DNA of 62,610 nt, filler included, from Hausera hauseri (GCA_046269625.1; 10 parts of 10 records of this genome joined end to end with filler, not necessarily neighbours in it); one strand, 5' to 3'; counted from the first letter of the whole stretch, positions 12,608 through 24,837 are shown. Notes: generated by a model not told the origin, from the sequence alone. Made by a program: numbers and translations.

Positions 12608-13041
12608 AAACGTCTTCGTTTGTGAGATCACCTTTCTATTGATAGTTGGGTACCTACATATACATAGAGTACAGTATATTGTGTGTACGAGGTTCAAAAA
12701 GATGAGTAGACAACGCTTAGTTTGTGTCGAAATATCTGTCCGACCTATGTTCTCTGATGAAGATCTTAGTATGATCAAAATATTAGAACGTTCATATCCT
12801 GCAACATTATTGTCCTCTAAAAGACATGTATATATAGTTTATAACCTTATATGTTGCTCCTAAAGAACTCTACTGATAACTTATACTAACTGGCTTGGAC
12901 AAGGATTTACCAAATAACAGCATCCAGTAGACACTGATTAGACAAACGATTCTGTCTTAAACGTCTTCATTTGTGAGATCACCTTTCTATTGATAGTTGG
13001 TTACCTACATATACCTAGAGTACAACATATTGTGTGTGCGA
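12608..13041. repeat. Imperfect 83-bp direct repeat pair (12608-12690 and 12959-13041)
   Basis: Both copies read aaacgtcttc(g/a)tttgtgagatcacctttctattgatagttgg(g/t)tacctacatatac(a/c)tagagtaca..atattgtgtgt(a/g)cga. Confidence 0.9.
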
Positions 13042-13116
13042 ATGTGCAAAATGTAACAAACTCACCGAAATAAAATCATACATGACAACAATATGACGAA
13101 TTAATATATTTCAAAT

Positions 13117-13481
13117 TCATAGAAGTGTTCGTAATGCAAGCCACAATAAACAGTAATGTCCATACAGTATAGTCATTGGATGTTGACTATGAAGTCAATT
13201 ATGTTCAACATTATGACAATTTGATGTTTATCTTTCAATTTGTGAAACTAACGATGAAGGATAGTAAAATCCAAGTGGATCGAATACTTTTACGACAATA
13301 AGATGTACGTACACATCAATCCAATGTTCGCCCTGTAACGACGACGTGTGTGTATTGACAATAAAACCGCCACCGCCAGTTTGTCGTAAGTCACGCTGCA
13401 CATGGTCCAGTAGAAATCATCGCGAAATTTCGCATCCAAGAGCAGTTTTCCATGGTGACTGAGCTCCGTGGAGCTAAACAT
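13117..13481 (-). pseudogene. Adenain-like cysteine protease (Polinton PRO)
   Basis: Manual translation: FIVNTHTSSLQGEHWIDVYV...VFDPLG...HSQHPMTILYGHYCLLW. This matches the GEHW / FDxxG / Q..CGxYC pattern, with the catalytic Cys changed to Tyr and two internal stops. Confidence 0.8.
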
Positions 13482-13552
13482 AAAACGTGATTTAAGCATA
13501 ACAATAATAATAATAAATTACTTCATGGTACTAACAAAAGACACATCCGATT

Positions 13553-14745
13553 TTATTTATACAATGAGGGTTCCATTTTCATTATTTCTACCTCGACATC
13601 AAATACACCGTAGATGTACATCACGGTAGACTGGTCTAGCACTTTAGCAAACTGAACCTCTAATCTTGGGTTTCCCTGTTGAGGTAGTTGAGCCTGTTCA
13701 GCGTCATAATCCGAAGCTAGGTCAAAAGTAAAGAACGGATAGGTGTACGTGAACAAATCCTTCGATATACCTTTGTTGAGATTTTTATTCAACAAACCCA
13801 TGTTGAGGACGATAGGTTGCACCTATGTGCAAACAATTAACTGTCTCGAAGTTTTGCTTATACGCCTCAACAAAATCCGCATTCTTGCCCAAACGGATAT
13901 AATTCGCATTGCTATGGGTAAACGTTTCAGAATTGGTGGTACAACTGCCGGTTTGTTGAGTAGTTGTTTGAAATGTAACAAGGAAAAATTTTGCCAATCG
14001 CATACAGCAAGATAACGCGTCCTTATATAACTACATCGAACCTTTTGGTACGGTGTAAAACACGAGTTCTGTGCGTTGTAATGGATGACAGGCATTTTGT
14101 GTTCCCAAACCCAATCGATATCCCATGAACACAGATGGTTCTATTTTTACATGACGAACGTATAATAGTGCCTCGGTAATTTTCGGTATAGGTTTGAGAT
14201 TTGTAACTGCAGTTTTCAAGCAAAAGACATTGTCGTTATGTTTAAGCCTAATTATGTCTTTAACACCGTGTATTATGTATTTCGGCTAATCGAAAAAGTT
14301 AAAATACAACCGTTCACACATTTTAAATGCTTTTGATTCTGACACCTATATCTGTTAATTTACTGCTGTGGCATCGTATCCAATGGTTTTCCTCAAATGA
14401 GTCGTTTTCATGTCTGTACTGTAATTCAACGCCATTTCAATGAGAGCTTTGATACTATACAGACTGATATAGCCTTCAGTTTTAACATTCTTCACAATCA
14501 GTGAAGTTTCCTAGAACAGTGTGAGGAAAAAGTAATTAGCTGGTGTGATGACCTCTGTTGCAGCCAGAACCGTTGTTGCATGCTTTTCAAAAATGACTTT
14601 TACACGTATTAGAGTATCATTCAAATCCAAATATTCTTGTCCGATGCCATTACGTTGAATTGAATGTCAATGTTGTCATCTGTCGAAACAATGAATGGGG
14701 TAGATTTCCTCAAACGTCGCATTGTCAGTAACGACTTGTGGAGTG
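13553..14745 (-). pseudogene. Polinton major capsid protein (double jelly-roll, hexon-like)
   Basis: Fragments QEYLDLNDTLIRVKV, KITEALLYVRHVKIEPSV...HPLQRTELVFYTVPKGS and FFTFDLASD...GNPRLEVQFAKVL...MYIYGVFDVEVEI. Confidence 0.85.
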
Positions 14746-14766
14746 ACTTTGTCAACTATACACAAT

Positions 14767-15130
14767 TCAATCGAAAATCGTACGTCCACTACGTTTCTTT
14801 ATAGTTGAAAAGCTAGATGATGCTCTACTTTTACCACTATCACGTCTTCTCAAACAAATACCCGTGATTTGTTTTTGAACTGATTCAACGACTTCCGGTA
14901 CAGCATTTTTTATTTCTACCCAGGCGTGTTCTTTTAGGGTTGGTAGAATCAATTTCTTTTAATGTTGCACATCCCGTGCCATTTTTGCAACAACGGCTCC
15001 AATACGTTTCAATATCGGAAATGCTAAACGTGCCAAAATACGCAACCATTCAGAACCGTACTGTTTACCAATGAAGCACGGCTATTCACCCCCTGCTGAG
15101 GTTTATTGTAAATGCAAACGAGTTCAGAAT
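14767..15130 (-). pseudogene. Polinton small basic structural protein (QxGxG-type) between penton and hexon
   Basis: QYGSEWLRIFARLAFPILKRIG..., basic C-terminus ending KKRSGRTIFD, and the expected position in the module. Confidence 0.6.
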
Positions 15131-15139
15131 CAATTATAT

Positions 15140-16175
15140 TTTCGACGGAAATAAAGAGTTAGAGGTGTTGTGGTACCCTATGGAAATTCAATAAAGTAAT
15201 CCGAATCACATATAATATTGACTTCAACATTGTTTATAGAAGTATATGCCACGGGTAGGTACCTTCGAATATCGAACTTGACAATGGCATTGTCACCAGC
15301 AGTATACTGGTTACTTTCCGGACAAATCGCACGCAGTAGTGGTACACGTACTCCACAGACAAAAATGGGTTCGCTGAGGTTCGTGTATATGTACATTTGA
15401 TGTAGTCCATTTTTCAGTTTTGGTTTAAATGTCGCAACATGTGTCTTCTCCGAAAAAAACCGCTGTTTTTCAAAACACATTACCATAGTCAAAGCCTTAT
15501 CCAACGAAATTTCGACTACATCTTTGCTTAGTTCAAATGTGAAGTACCCATTTGTATCTGATTTGAAATTTTTAATTAAATGTTTGTACCTTATAGCCGA
15601 AAAGTGTCGGCAGAGATCCACTACAGATTCACGAGAGACATTATCGCCAATTAGTATACCTGATTCAAACACCATTGATATATTTTGTCCATTGAAGACA
15701 ACGTTCACAGTTGTTTCAAGATTTGTATTTTGCTCATTAGCAAAAATACTTGCACCTTTGACTTTTGTATTTTTAAATCCGAATATTTTGGCCATTTCAA
15801 TGGATGCGAAGCGGATAGTAAATTCAATTTTATAATCAAACCGTGCTTTTCCATCTTTTAGGATAACACGGATTCTATCTTCTTTTATACCCTTACTCAA
15901 GTAGCTGTAAAAATGTAAAAGATTCCGGGCAACAGTTTATTATCTCCAATTTGTTGATTATATTATTCAGTTGCCATGACATGGTAAGTCGTGCAATAAG
16001 CTATTTTCGTAGTGCCTTTCAATATTACCGGTACACAGGGAAAGTTAAATTCTGCGAGAGCAACTGCAAATGTTTGTATAAATCCAATGGACTATCACAA
16101 TCTACAACGTATTGATTGGCCGAATTATTCGGACGAGTCTCAGGAAAAATGTTGCTAGGTAACACAATGTAAAGA
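15140..16175 (-). pseudogene. Polinton minor capsid protein (penton, single jelly-roll)
   Basis: N-terminal LYIVLPSNIFPETRPNNSANQY; C-terminal MYIYTNLSEPIFVCGVRVPLLRAI...YLPV...INNVEVNI...IEFP...LTLYFRR (ORF 15178..15900). Confidence 0.85.
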
Positions 16176-16193
16176 ATCACATTCTCAATAATT

Positions 16194-16214
16194 ATGATGA
16201 TGATAATAATGATA

Positions 16215-16285
<71 letters not shown>
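16194..16285. repeat. (GAT)n microsatellite at the contig end
   Basis: Direct reading. Confidence 0.97.
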
Positions 16286-16385
16286 NNNNNNNNNNNNNNN
16301 NNNNNNNNNNNNNNNNNNNNNNNNNNNNNTTAATTAATTAANNNNNNNNNNNNNNNNNNNNNNNNNNNNNNNNNNNNNNNNNNNN

Positions 16386-18871
16386 GTTCGACATCTGTGT
16401 ATACCGAATAAGGTATTTAACTCTTTAAAAAGCGATGATTCGAACTGTGAACCCCTATCAGTGGTAATGCGCAAGGGCGTACCAAAACGGGATATCCATC
16501 CGTTAAGAAACTGTTTAGCAATTGTTTTAGCTGTTATATCCCTAATTGGATAAACTTCCGGCCATTTGGAAAAACGGTCTACACAAGTGAGACAATACCG
16601 ATTACCATCGGAAGGAGGCAACGGACCTACTATATCCAGGTGTATATGCTGAAAACGAGCACTTGGGGGAATAAATTTTCCAAATGGGCTTTTGGTATGC
16701 CGTGTAATTTTGCATTTCTGGCAACTGATACAAGCTCGAACCCATTCCTTAATATCCCTGGAGATTGATGGCCACACATACCTTTGACTAATAAGTTTCA
16801 GTGTTGCTCTACCACCTGGGTGTGATAAAGAATGCAACTTATGAAAGACTACACGCCTGAGACTGTCTGGAACATAAGGTCTCACTATACCAGTTGACAC
16901 ATCACAATGTAACTGCACGGATGGTTCTCCCACTGGCATTGGCTTAAGCTCTAAAGATGTTTTCCTTTTATTTAACATGATTTCTTTCAATTCAGAATCT
17001 GTTTTCTGCTCCTCAGCCATTAACTCATAGTCAATTTGTGTGGGCATATTAATAGACATAATTTGTATCCGCGATAAGGCATCAGCTACCATGTTATCGC
17101 TACCCTTGATATATCTAATATCGGTTGAAAATTGCCCCACAAATTCTAACTGACGAGCCTGACGAGGAGAACATTTGTCATCTCGTTGCCTAAATGCAAA
17201 TGTCAGCGGTTTATGATCTGTATATATAACAAACGGACGCCCCTCCACCATATGCCGAAAATACTTAACAGCAGCATAAACAGCTAATAACTCTCTATCG
17301 TACGCGCTGTACTTTTGCTGAGCCCCTGTTAATTTTTTTGAAAAAAAACCTAAGGGCTGCCAACCTTTCTCGACCCCCTGGTGGAGTGCCGCTCCAATAG
17401 CTATTTCAGATGCATCCACAACAATTGCCATCTGTGCATTCAAAACAGGATGTGCTAAAAAAGTAACCTTTTCCAGGTCAGATTTACATTTATAAAATGC
17501 TGCTTTTGCATCCTCTGTCCACTGTATCTGACGTTTATCCTTCTTTTTGGCACCTTTTAAATAATGAGTTAACGGTATTTGTTTCGCCGCAGCATATGGT
17601 AAAAATTTTCTATAGTAATTAAGCATGGCTAAGAATCGCCTCAATTCCTGAATTGTATTTGGCAACGGAAATTTAGTAATGGCCTCCACTTTCTCTGGTA
17701 AAGGTTTAATACCTTCAGCAGATATGATATGACCAAGAAATTTAACCGTTGGTTTCCCCAAAACACATTTAGAAGGATTAAGTTTAATACCAAATTGCTT
17801 AAAGCGCTCAAATACCTCTGTCAAATGTTCTTTGTGTTGCACTGAATTTTTAGAACTAATTAAGACATCGTCAAAATAAGGTATACAATAATCTAAACCA
17901 TTTAACACATAGTTTATAAAACGTTGAAATGTTGATGACGCATTACACAATCCGAATGGCATATAAAGAAATTCAAAAAGACCAAACGGTGTAATCACAG
18001 CAGTTTTAGGAATGTCCTCTGGTTTAACTGGTATTTGATGGTAGGCTTTAGTTAAATCTAATGTGGAAAAAATAGTTTGACCATCCAATAGCTGTAGGCA
18101 GTCATGGATATGCGGAACTGGATACCTATCAGGCACAGTAATTGCATTTAGTTTCCTATAGTCACCGCATGGTCTCCAATCTCCATCCTTTTTTAAAACC
18201 ATATGGAGAGGACTTGCCCAACAGCTCTTTGAAGGTCGACACACGCCTGAAGAGACTAAAAATTCAAATTCTCTCCTGGCAGCTTTCAACTTATCTCCAA
18301 AAAGCCTACGAGGTTTCACTGCAATCGGTGAACCATTTGTCTGAATGGAGTGCACGATATCGTGTTTTATTTCCCTAGGAGTCATAGTTGGCTCAACTAG
18401 CATGGGAAATTTTGCCAATAGGTGGTGATATTCTGTATCCTCCCCTATTATTTTAACACTATTACTATGCTCTACCATAACAACACCTGTTGCTTTCAAA
18501 CCAGTCAGAGGATCTATTAATTTTTTATTTTTAAGATCGACTATAAGTCCAAAGTGTCTTAGAAAATCAGCTCCTAATATCGGTTTAACAACTCCCGCTA
18601 TAATAAATGGCCAATGGAATGCTCGTCTTAAACCTAGGTCTAATCTAATTAACTTTTGCCCATAGGTAGAAATTCCAGCGCCATTTGCCGCGTACAGTTG
18701 CAACCGAGAAGGCTTAGAATTTGCCTGTTTAAAGGTAATTGGCAACACAGAAATATTGGCGCCTGTGTCAATTAAATATGACACCCCTGATACCTTATCA
18801 GTTATGTATAACTTATTAACTTTAGATGCGCCGTCGCCCGTTACGGCGAGCGACGGCTGTCCGTGTTTTCC
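16386..18871 (-). CDS. pol: Pol (PR-RT-RNase H-IN N-terminal part), -1 frame relative to gag; continues at 21264-20601
   Basis: [56 protein letters not shown]; no internal stops. Confidence 0.95.
18830..18871 (-). promoter_or_regulatory. -1 ribosomal frameshift signal: G GAA AAC (18871-18865), 7-nt spacer, 11-bp stem-loop (18857-18830)
   Basis: The minus strand reads TCG GAA AAC ACGGACA GCCGTCGCTCG-CCGTAA-CGGGCGACGGC. The pol frame opens just upstream of the heptamer and is -1 to gag. Confidence 0.85.
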
Positions 18872-19611
18872 GATTTATAAGTACAGGGTGGAATGCACTT
18901 TCGCGCCTTCTGTTTATACTTCTCGTGATACCAACAAAATTTCTTTTCGCGACGAACTGGACTCCTAGATCTATCAAAAGATTTCCTACGCGTACTGCGA
19001 TATCGCTCACGTGAACGCGCCTCAAGTTTAGCCAATCTGGCTGAAATGTCACTCAACGCACCCTGTATATCATCCTTTTGTGCTGTAACGGCCTGTATAC
19101 AATTTGTATCATTCGTGACGGCCATTATGCCATCAGCCATTTCGGCCAATTTTTCCAGATTATCGGAAGAAACCGCGAGAATCTGCTGAACTTGAGCCGG
19201 CAGTCTTTGAAGGAACAGAGATTTTAAAAGCTCTTCTGTAATCCTATTCCCTGCCTTTGACTTCATTTCCAGCAGTAATCGTGACGGCTTCCTATCACCT
19301 AATTGCATACCTGAAATTAAATCACGAAGTCTCTGTTGTTCGGTTACTGTAAATTGTGTACACAAACGTTTTTTTAATAAGGTATATGGTTTCTGCTTAT
19401 CTGGATTTAAAAGTATATCCTCCACTATTACCAACTCTTCCGGCTGCAAAGCCGCTACAGTGTGATAGTATTTAGTGGTTTCATCCGTGACTTTTGCCAG
19501 GTGGAACTGGCTATCCATCTGTGCAAACCATACCTCAGGGTTCGCTCGCCAAAAAGGCGGTGGCTTAACTGCCACATGATGTAAATTAACTTGATTCCCA
19601 ACTTCTGTCAT
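18841..19611 (-). CDS. gag: Gag with CHCC zinc motif (CsRn1 lineage)
   Basis: [46 protein letters not shown]...KCIPPC. Probable start is MTEVG. Confidence 0.93.
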   Translation of the reverse strand: MTEVGNQVNLHHVAVKPPPFWRANPEVWFAQMDSQFHLAKVTDETTKYYHTVAALQPEELVIVEDILLNPDKQKPYTLLKKRLCTQFTVTEQQRLRDLISGMQLGDRKPSRLLLEMKSKAGNRITEELLKSLFLQRLPAQVQQILAVSSDNLEKLAEMADGIMAVTNDTNCIQAVTAQKDDIQGALSDISARLAKLEARSRERYRSTRRKSFDRSRSPVRREKKFCWYHEKYKQKARKCIPPCTYKSENTDSRRSP

Positions 19612-19955
19612 TATAACACATATAATTTTCAAGGAAAAAAAAAAGTAACTCAACTTGTATTTAAAATAGTTTTTGCAACGTGGAACAACTCAAGACTTCA
19701 ATCGAATTGCTATTGAATAAGAAATATACTCACACATCCTTCTATTGTTTAACTTACTGCAGACGCATTATTCCTTTGCAAGCTTCAAGCATTTCCAACT
19801 GGAAAAATCAACTTAGAACTCTCAGTGTCATTTGCGGCAGCCTTCTTCATCAATTGGGAATTTACCTTTACAAGGCCTGGAAAATTCTGTATGAACATTT
19901 GGTGCAAAAAAAAAAATGTAAATTCTGTTAATGCAGCGGTCAGTTCATCAAGCTC

Positions 19956-19973
19956 AAACGTCCAAGATCACCA
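19956..19973 (-). promoter_or_regulatory. Putative primer-binding site (TGGTGATCTTGGACG...)
   Basis: TGGTGA begins 5 nt after the LTR-terminal CCTACA. It resembles, but does not exactly match, the tRNA-Trp-type PBS of CsRn1 elements. Confidence 0.55.
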
Positions 19974-19978
19974 GTTCA

Positions 19979-20583
19979 TGTAGGAACCCACTTGAATCCT
20001 CGGCTATTTAAGACAATAAAATTGTATTAAATGGTTAACGAAGCTAACAACCCGGATACTTATCCGTGAACTCCTACAGAATGATTCCCTGATTTGAAAA
20101 GGTCCGCTTCCATCTTGAAAGATTTCTTAAAGGAACTTCCAGTTGATTCATAAAGACATTACTACAAAGATAACTTTTAAATTAAACCATTTATTAACAC
20201 TGTTAATAGTCAAACAATAAAATAAAAACATAATTAAATAAATAAATAGGCAACTTAGCCTTTCAAACTAAAGAGTCATAATCCGCAACTAGTTGCTAGC
20301 CACCTCAGTAGCTAATGAAGCTGCTAACACATCCGTAGACTCTGTATTTATACTTCTTTCGGCAACAAATTAGCATAATCCAGCCTTTACGTTATTTCAG
20401 TAATTTCAAACTCGTAAAACAATCAGTCAGATATTCAAATCGCTTGCCTGCATCCAGGGCTACGCAACTCGCAAGTTCGAACAACGTCATTTGGAGAACC
20501 CTCGGATAATCCTCAGATAATTCATCCACGCATGACGTTAAAGAGAAACAAACATTTCTCTGGGGATAAACAAGATCCCTACA
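19979..20583 (-). repeat. Single LTR (~605 bp), TGTAGG...CCTACA
   Basis: Inverted termini TGTAGG/CCTACA, preceded by a polypurine tract and followed by a TGG PBS-like motif. Confidence 0.8.
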
Positions 20584-20600
20584 TAGCCCCCCCCTCAGTG
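20584..20600 (-). promoter_or_regulatory. Polypurine tract (GA + G-run + CTA) immediately 5' of the LTR
   Basis: It lies between the integrase stop (20601) and the LTR-initial TG. Confidence 0.85.
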
Positions 20601-21341
20601 TCAACGATACATCTCCTGGCACTGAGTACGGAAGCGTATGGTTCGTCCTGAACGTGTGCACATTTGTCCTTTTTGAGAATTATCTTTATCCGTCTGGACG
20701 CCAGGCTCAATAACTAAAGGTTGATGTGCAGGATTAGTTATTTCAAACGGTTTTTCATAAAATACAAAAGCTGGTTTAAGTCTATCAATACTTATAGAAA
20801 CTTCCTTATTCTTGATTAATACAATAAAAAATTTCTTATTTCTTTTAATGACTGTATAAGGTCCTTCATAAGGAGGTTGTAACCCCTTCTTCATGGCATC
20901 TATTCTTATAAAAACGTGTGTAGCTGTTAATAGATCCTTTGAAATAAAAATTCCACGCTGGGTCTGCTGTCTGTCCTTGGGAGGCATCATTTTCTGCATT
21001 ACCTCTCTTAATTGCCCCACGTAAGTCGCAGGATCTGGAGAAGAATTTACAGGACACACGATTTCACTCGGTAATCGTAGTGTCGTGCCATAGACCGCTT
21101 CAGCTGACGTAGCCTGCAGATCTTCACGCCACACTGAACGAAACCCCAGCAAAATAAATGGTATGCAAGCTGACCATTTGACATTAGCATAGGTCATAAT
21201 TGCCGCTTTTAATTGCCGATGGAGCCGTTCCACCTGACCGTTAGCCGCTGGATGGTAAGCTGTAGTTCGACATCTGTGTATACCGAATAAGGTATTTAAC
21301 TCTTTAAAAAGCGATGATTCGAACTGTGAACCCCTATCAGT
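20601..21341 (-). CDS. pol: Integrase C-terminal part with GPY/F motif (continuation of pol across the circular join)
   Basis: TTAYHPAANGQVERLHRQLK...LQPPYEGPY...SIDRLKPA...TRSGR. Confidence 0.93.
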   Translation of the reverse strand, partial: TDRGSQFESSLFKELNTLFGIHRCRTTAYHPAANGQVERLHRQLKAAIMTYANVKWSACIPFILLGFRSVWREDLQATSAEAVYGTTLRLPSEIVCPVNSSPDPATYVGQLREVMQKMMPPKDRQQTQRGIFISKDLLTATHVFIRIDAMKKGLQPPYEGPYTVIKRNKKFFIVLIKNKEVSISIDRLKPAFVFYEKPFEITNPAHQPLVIEPGVQTDKDNSQKGQMCTRSGRTIRFRTQCQEMYR

Positions 21342-21450
21342 NNNNNNNNNNNNNNNNNNNNNNNNNNNNNNNNNNNNNNNNNNNNTTAATTAATTAANNN
21401 NNNNNNNNNNNNNNNNNNNNNNNNNNNNNNNNNNNNNNNNNGAAAAGTTC

Positions 21451-22467
21451 TTATTGATTTTGCAAATGAAGGAAATTCAATCGGAATAAAGCGGATTCTG
21501 TTACAACAATTTCTTTTAAGACAACAAAAATAAATAAACACAAAAATAATGAGCTAGTTGAATTGGGTGGTAAAAACATCACATCAATAAATTTCAAGTC
21601 TACTTGTATTCTATGAGCTGTACAATTATCTATGACCAACAGAACCTTTTTTTGCAATTTAATCAGTTTTAAATCCCAATCCAATAACCATTTATTAAAA
21701 ATGTTATTGTTCATCCAAGCATTTGAAGAATTATAGTAGTCAACTAAAGAAGAATATGAGAAACCTTTGAAACACCTTGGTTTAGAAAATTTACCTATAA
21801 CAACGGGTTTTAATTTATGACTACCTGTCATATTTACGCAAAACAAGACAGAGATTCTATCTTTCAATATTTTATAACCATTCCTAACCTTTTTACATAC
21901 CGATTTAGACGGAATAATTTTGTAGAAGATGCCTGTTTCATCGGCATTATAAACATTTTCAGGACCATATTCTTCAATTTTGGATTTAAGTTCATTTAAA
22001 AAATCTTCAGGTTGCATGCTTGACATAGCATGTGATTCACCATGTAAATTTCTTAACTTCAACAAATTTCTTACCTTAAAACTTCTTAACCATCCATTTG
22101 AGGATTTAAAATCTTGTATGCCATTTGAATGGGCTATTTGAACAGCCTTTTCTTTTATTATATTATCCGTAATGATAGCACCTCTTTCTTCAAGTCTATC
22201 AATCCATGCGGACAATTCTTTGTCTAAAACATTAAACTTTAAAACTGGAATTCGCCAACCACTTTTGTGCACAAGATCAGCATTTTCAATCAAAAAATCC
22301 TTGTTTCTCCTGATATCATTAATAGTTCTTCTTGAAAGTTCTTTTTTAAACTTGCCTGAAAAAACCTCTGCCACTTTGTTGTCTGAATAAACAGGATAAG
22401 ATTCAATGTACTTCAAAATTTCAATTTTTTTAATAACAGTTAACTTTACACACTTTCGCTTTACCAT
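21451..22467 (-). mobile_element. pogo/Tigger (CENP-B-like HTH + DDE) transposase, C-terminally truncated
   Basis: FKSSNGWLRSFK, LHGES, YNADETG, KDRISVL, KPRCF, NAWM, LLVIDNCTAH, FLPPNSTS. Similarity stops before the expected QPxD motif. Confidence 0.9.
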
Positions 22468-22569
22468 AAATAAGCTGCAATTAAAAATTTAAAAAAGAAC
22501 AATTAAAACAACTTTATTATGTTAAAAATTAAAAAAATCATTAGAAATGTTTTTAAAAGATGTGGCGGT

Positions 22570-24070
22570 TAGGAGTATGCCTAATTCAGCTAGGTAAAGA
22601 CGTCGTCTGTGCGTTTTATTCTTGTTCCACTCTGGATAAACAATAGCGTGCAAAACATAGCCATTATACTGCGATAAATCCAACAAATTGACAAACACAA
22701 TGATATGCTACCTTCTGCTAACAAATTTTACCGAGTACGTCCTAACTCTTTCGTCCACAGCATCCACACCTCCTTTGGTAACATTGTAATAATTCACCAC
22801 CGCAGGCTTTTTCTTACACATGGCAATACAGAAACGTCGCCTTGTTGAACTGAACACAAGGACAACTATTGCCGGCTTCGCTTTATAGGACAGCAGTTTA
22901 AATTTGTCCCTCCGAGAAAATAAATGTTTGTCAAAAATGTCTTGCGGCCGTGGTATTGGATAAGCTCCTTAGGCACCTCCTTTCTGTTTCGCCTCATTGT
23001 ACCAACTAAAGCTAGAACAGAGCTCTAGCTAACGAAATACTGGTAAAAATTGTCACTCATTATGTTCCGACCTGTGACGTAAAGAAATTGAGTCCAATCC
23101 ATAACTACCCTTCCTCCTAAGTCTATTTCTGGTTCCAGGTCTTCTTTACCGCAGTACATTTGCAAATTTACGCAGTAATAGTTTGATGAGTCACAAAGCA
23201 GCCAGAACTTAAGGCCATATTTTGACGGTTTCCTTGGCATGTATTGCTTATATGGGCACCTACCTTTTATGGGTACATGTGTTCGTCTACCGTAAGACAT
23301 TCGTGTGGAATGAAATCACGCTGAGAATTAATCCGTCGATAAGCAAACGACAGACAGCTAATTTATCTCTAGTCAAACGAGCAGCCCTGGTTTCCGTATT
23401 ATCAAAACGCAAATGACCGTATAGTTTTGAACCTGGTTAGCGATATTGTTTTGGAAAATATTGACCGCCCTTTATCTTCTGACCAGAGTTCATCAACTAC
23501 CTCCCCAGTAGCCTTATACACACCGAGTAATATCAACAGTCCTAAGAATGCATCAAGTTCTGCATTATCCATATCTGTCCAAGCGTCTCCAGCAACACGT
23601 CTAATCTCTTAGTTTTCACCAGGATCGTGCACGTTATTTCATTGTCAAATATCACCCTAAATATGTCTAGTATTGGGTTACTCATAATTCTACTGGTGGC
23701 CCACGTGGTGATGCCAGGTCGTGTTGTTAAAATGTTTTTTGTCTGCCAGCCTACCTACAACTGTCGGCATAAGTGTGCTTCACATCTCACCACTACTAAT
23801 AATAAATGAACCTACCTCAATCGATCCCACGAGCATGACGCTTCTTCCAATATCTGCATCTTATTCGTCTGAGGTTTCACTTTCTTTTGTATCTTCCATC
23901 ATTCTTTCATCAACTTACATAAAGCATACCACATATCATTAAAACAAACCATATGATATATCGTCTATCAAAGTTTATGTTATGACTTACAGCATCAGTC
24001 GAACTTCCGTCGTCATCATTTTCATTATCACTTCTGTCCAACTGTGTCCAAGTAGTTCTCTCAAAGCCAT
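22570..24070 (-). pseudogene. piggyBac (PGBD4-like) transposase remnant
   Basis: WTDMDNAELDAFLGLLILLG, LRFDN, KGRCPYKQYMPRKPSKYGLKFWLLCDS, SDNFY, VGTMRRNR, YNVTKGGVDAVD across stops and frameshifts. Ends are approximate. Confidence 0.88.
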
Positions 24071-24837
24071 AGATTTAGATAATCTTGTCGGTCGTGATAT
24101 GACATCAAATGACAAATTCAGTTGTAATCTAAATACCCTGTATATAAAGTAAATACTCATGATAAGACGTAATCACTTCGTCAAGATAAAACAGTATTCA
24201 TATTTATATGCACAAGTTACAATGTAAAGTAGATGCATCAAACAGTACATAAAATATACATCAAATGAAAGTGTACCAAAAAGGACCCCCAAAATCTTTC
24301 TCATAACATGAATTTTTGTCCACCCCAAAAGTAGGAATCTAGTGGCCCTATAACAGTTTGTGTATACCGTAAAAATATTAAGTCACTAAAAGTCATTCAC
24401 GTAACATGTACGTTTACCAAATAATAAGTAATTACTTAAAAGGACCTCACAAAATGTTTGCGGTTTAAATAAATAATATTAGGCGGTTGTTTTTATTTTT
24501 TTTATTCAAAATTGATGTTTTTGATTATCATTGGTATTTATACCAAACCAGTCAAGATGATTGGTGCATTTTTCTGTGATGGAATAAGTTTTGCGCAGTT
24601 ATAATAAATTATAAATGCTGTGTAAATACAGTACGATCAAAAAATGTTATGCGGGTAATAATGACACATTATGACAGAGTTCGTGATGACGATAAATTCA
24701 TAATTCTGGGACAATAAGCTATAAATTTTCAGTCGTTCATTGAATTTTGAGGGGTGTTGGCTGTGAAATTTTGTTGAAAATACTGGAAACATTTCTTTGG
24801 ATACCGAAATAATCAAAACTATTGTTTAGTAAGAAAA

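Larger units (their letters stand above)
13117..16175 (-). mobile_element. Decayed Polinton/Maverick (adintovirus-like) virion morphogenesis module: penton - small basic core protein - major capsid - adenain
   Basis: Four co-oriented, abutting pseudogenes, each with family motifs (see the individual entries). Confidence 0.88.
16386..21341 (-). mobile_element. Intact CsRn1-type Ty3/gypsy LTR retrotransposon, assembled as a circularly permuted ~4.88-kb unit with one LTR
   Basis: The first 77 nt (16386-16462) are identical to the last 77 nt (21265-21341). Joining them restores integrase in frame (..GIHRCR|TTAYHPAANGQVER..). Gag has the CHCC motif. Confidence 0.93.

Noticed and set aside
21265-21341. 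77-bp terminal direct repeat as an LTR
   Set aside because: It lies inside the integrase coding sequence and is an assembly overlap. The real LTR is at 19979-20583.
24100-24837. 3' LTR/PPT of family copy B
   Set aside because: No convincing polypurine tract followed by TG, and no second copy to compare.
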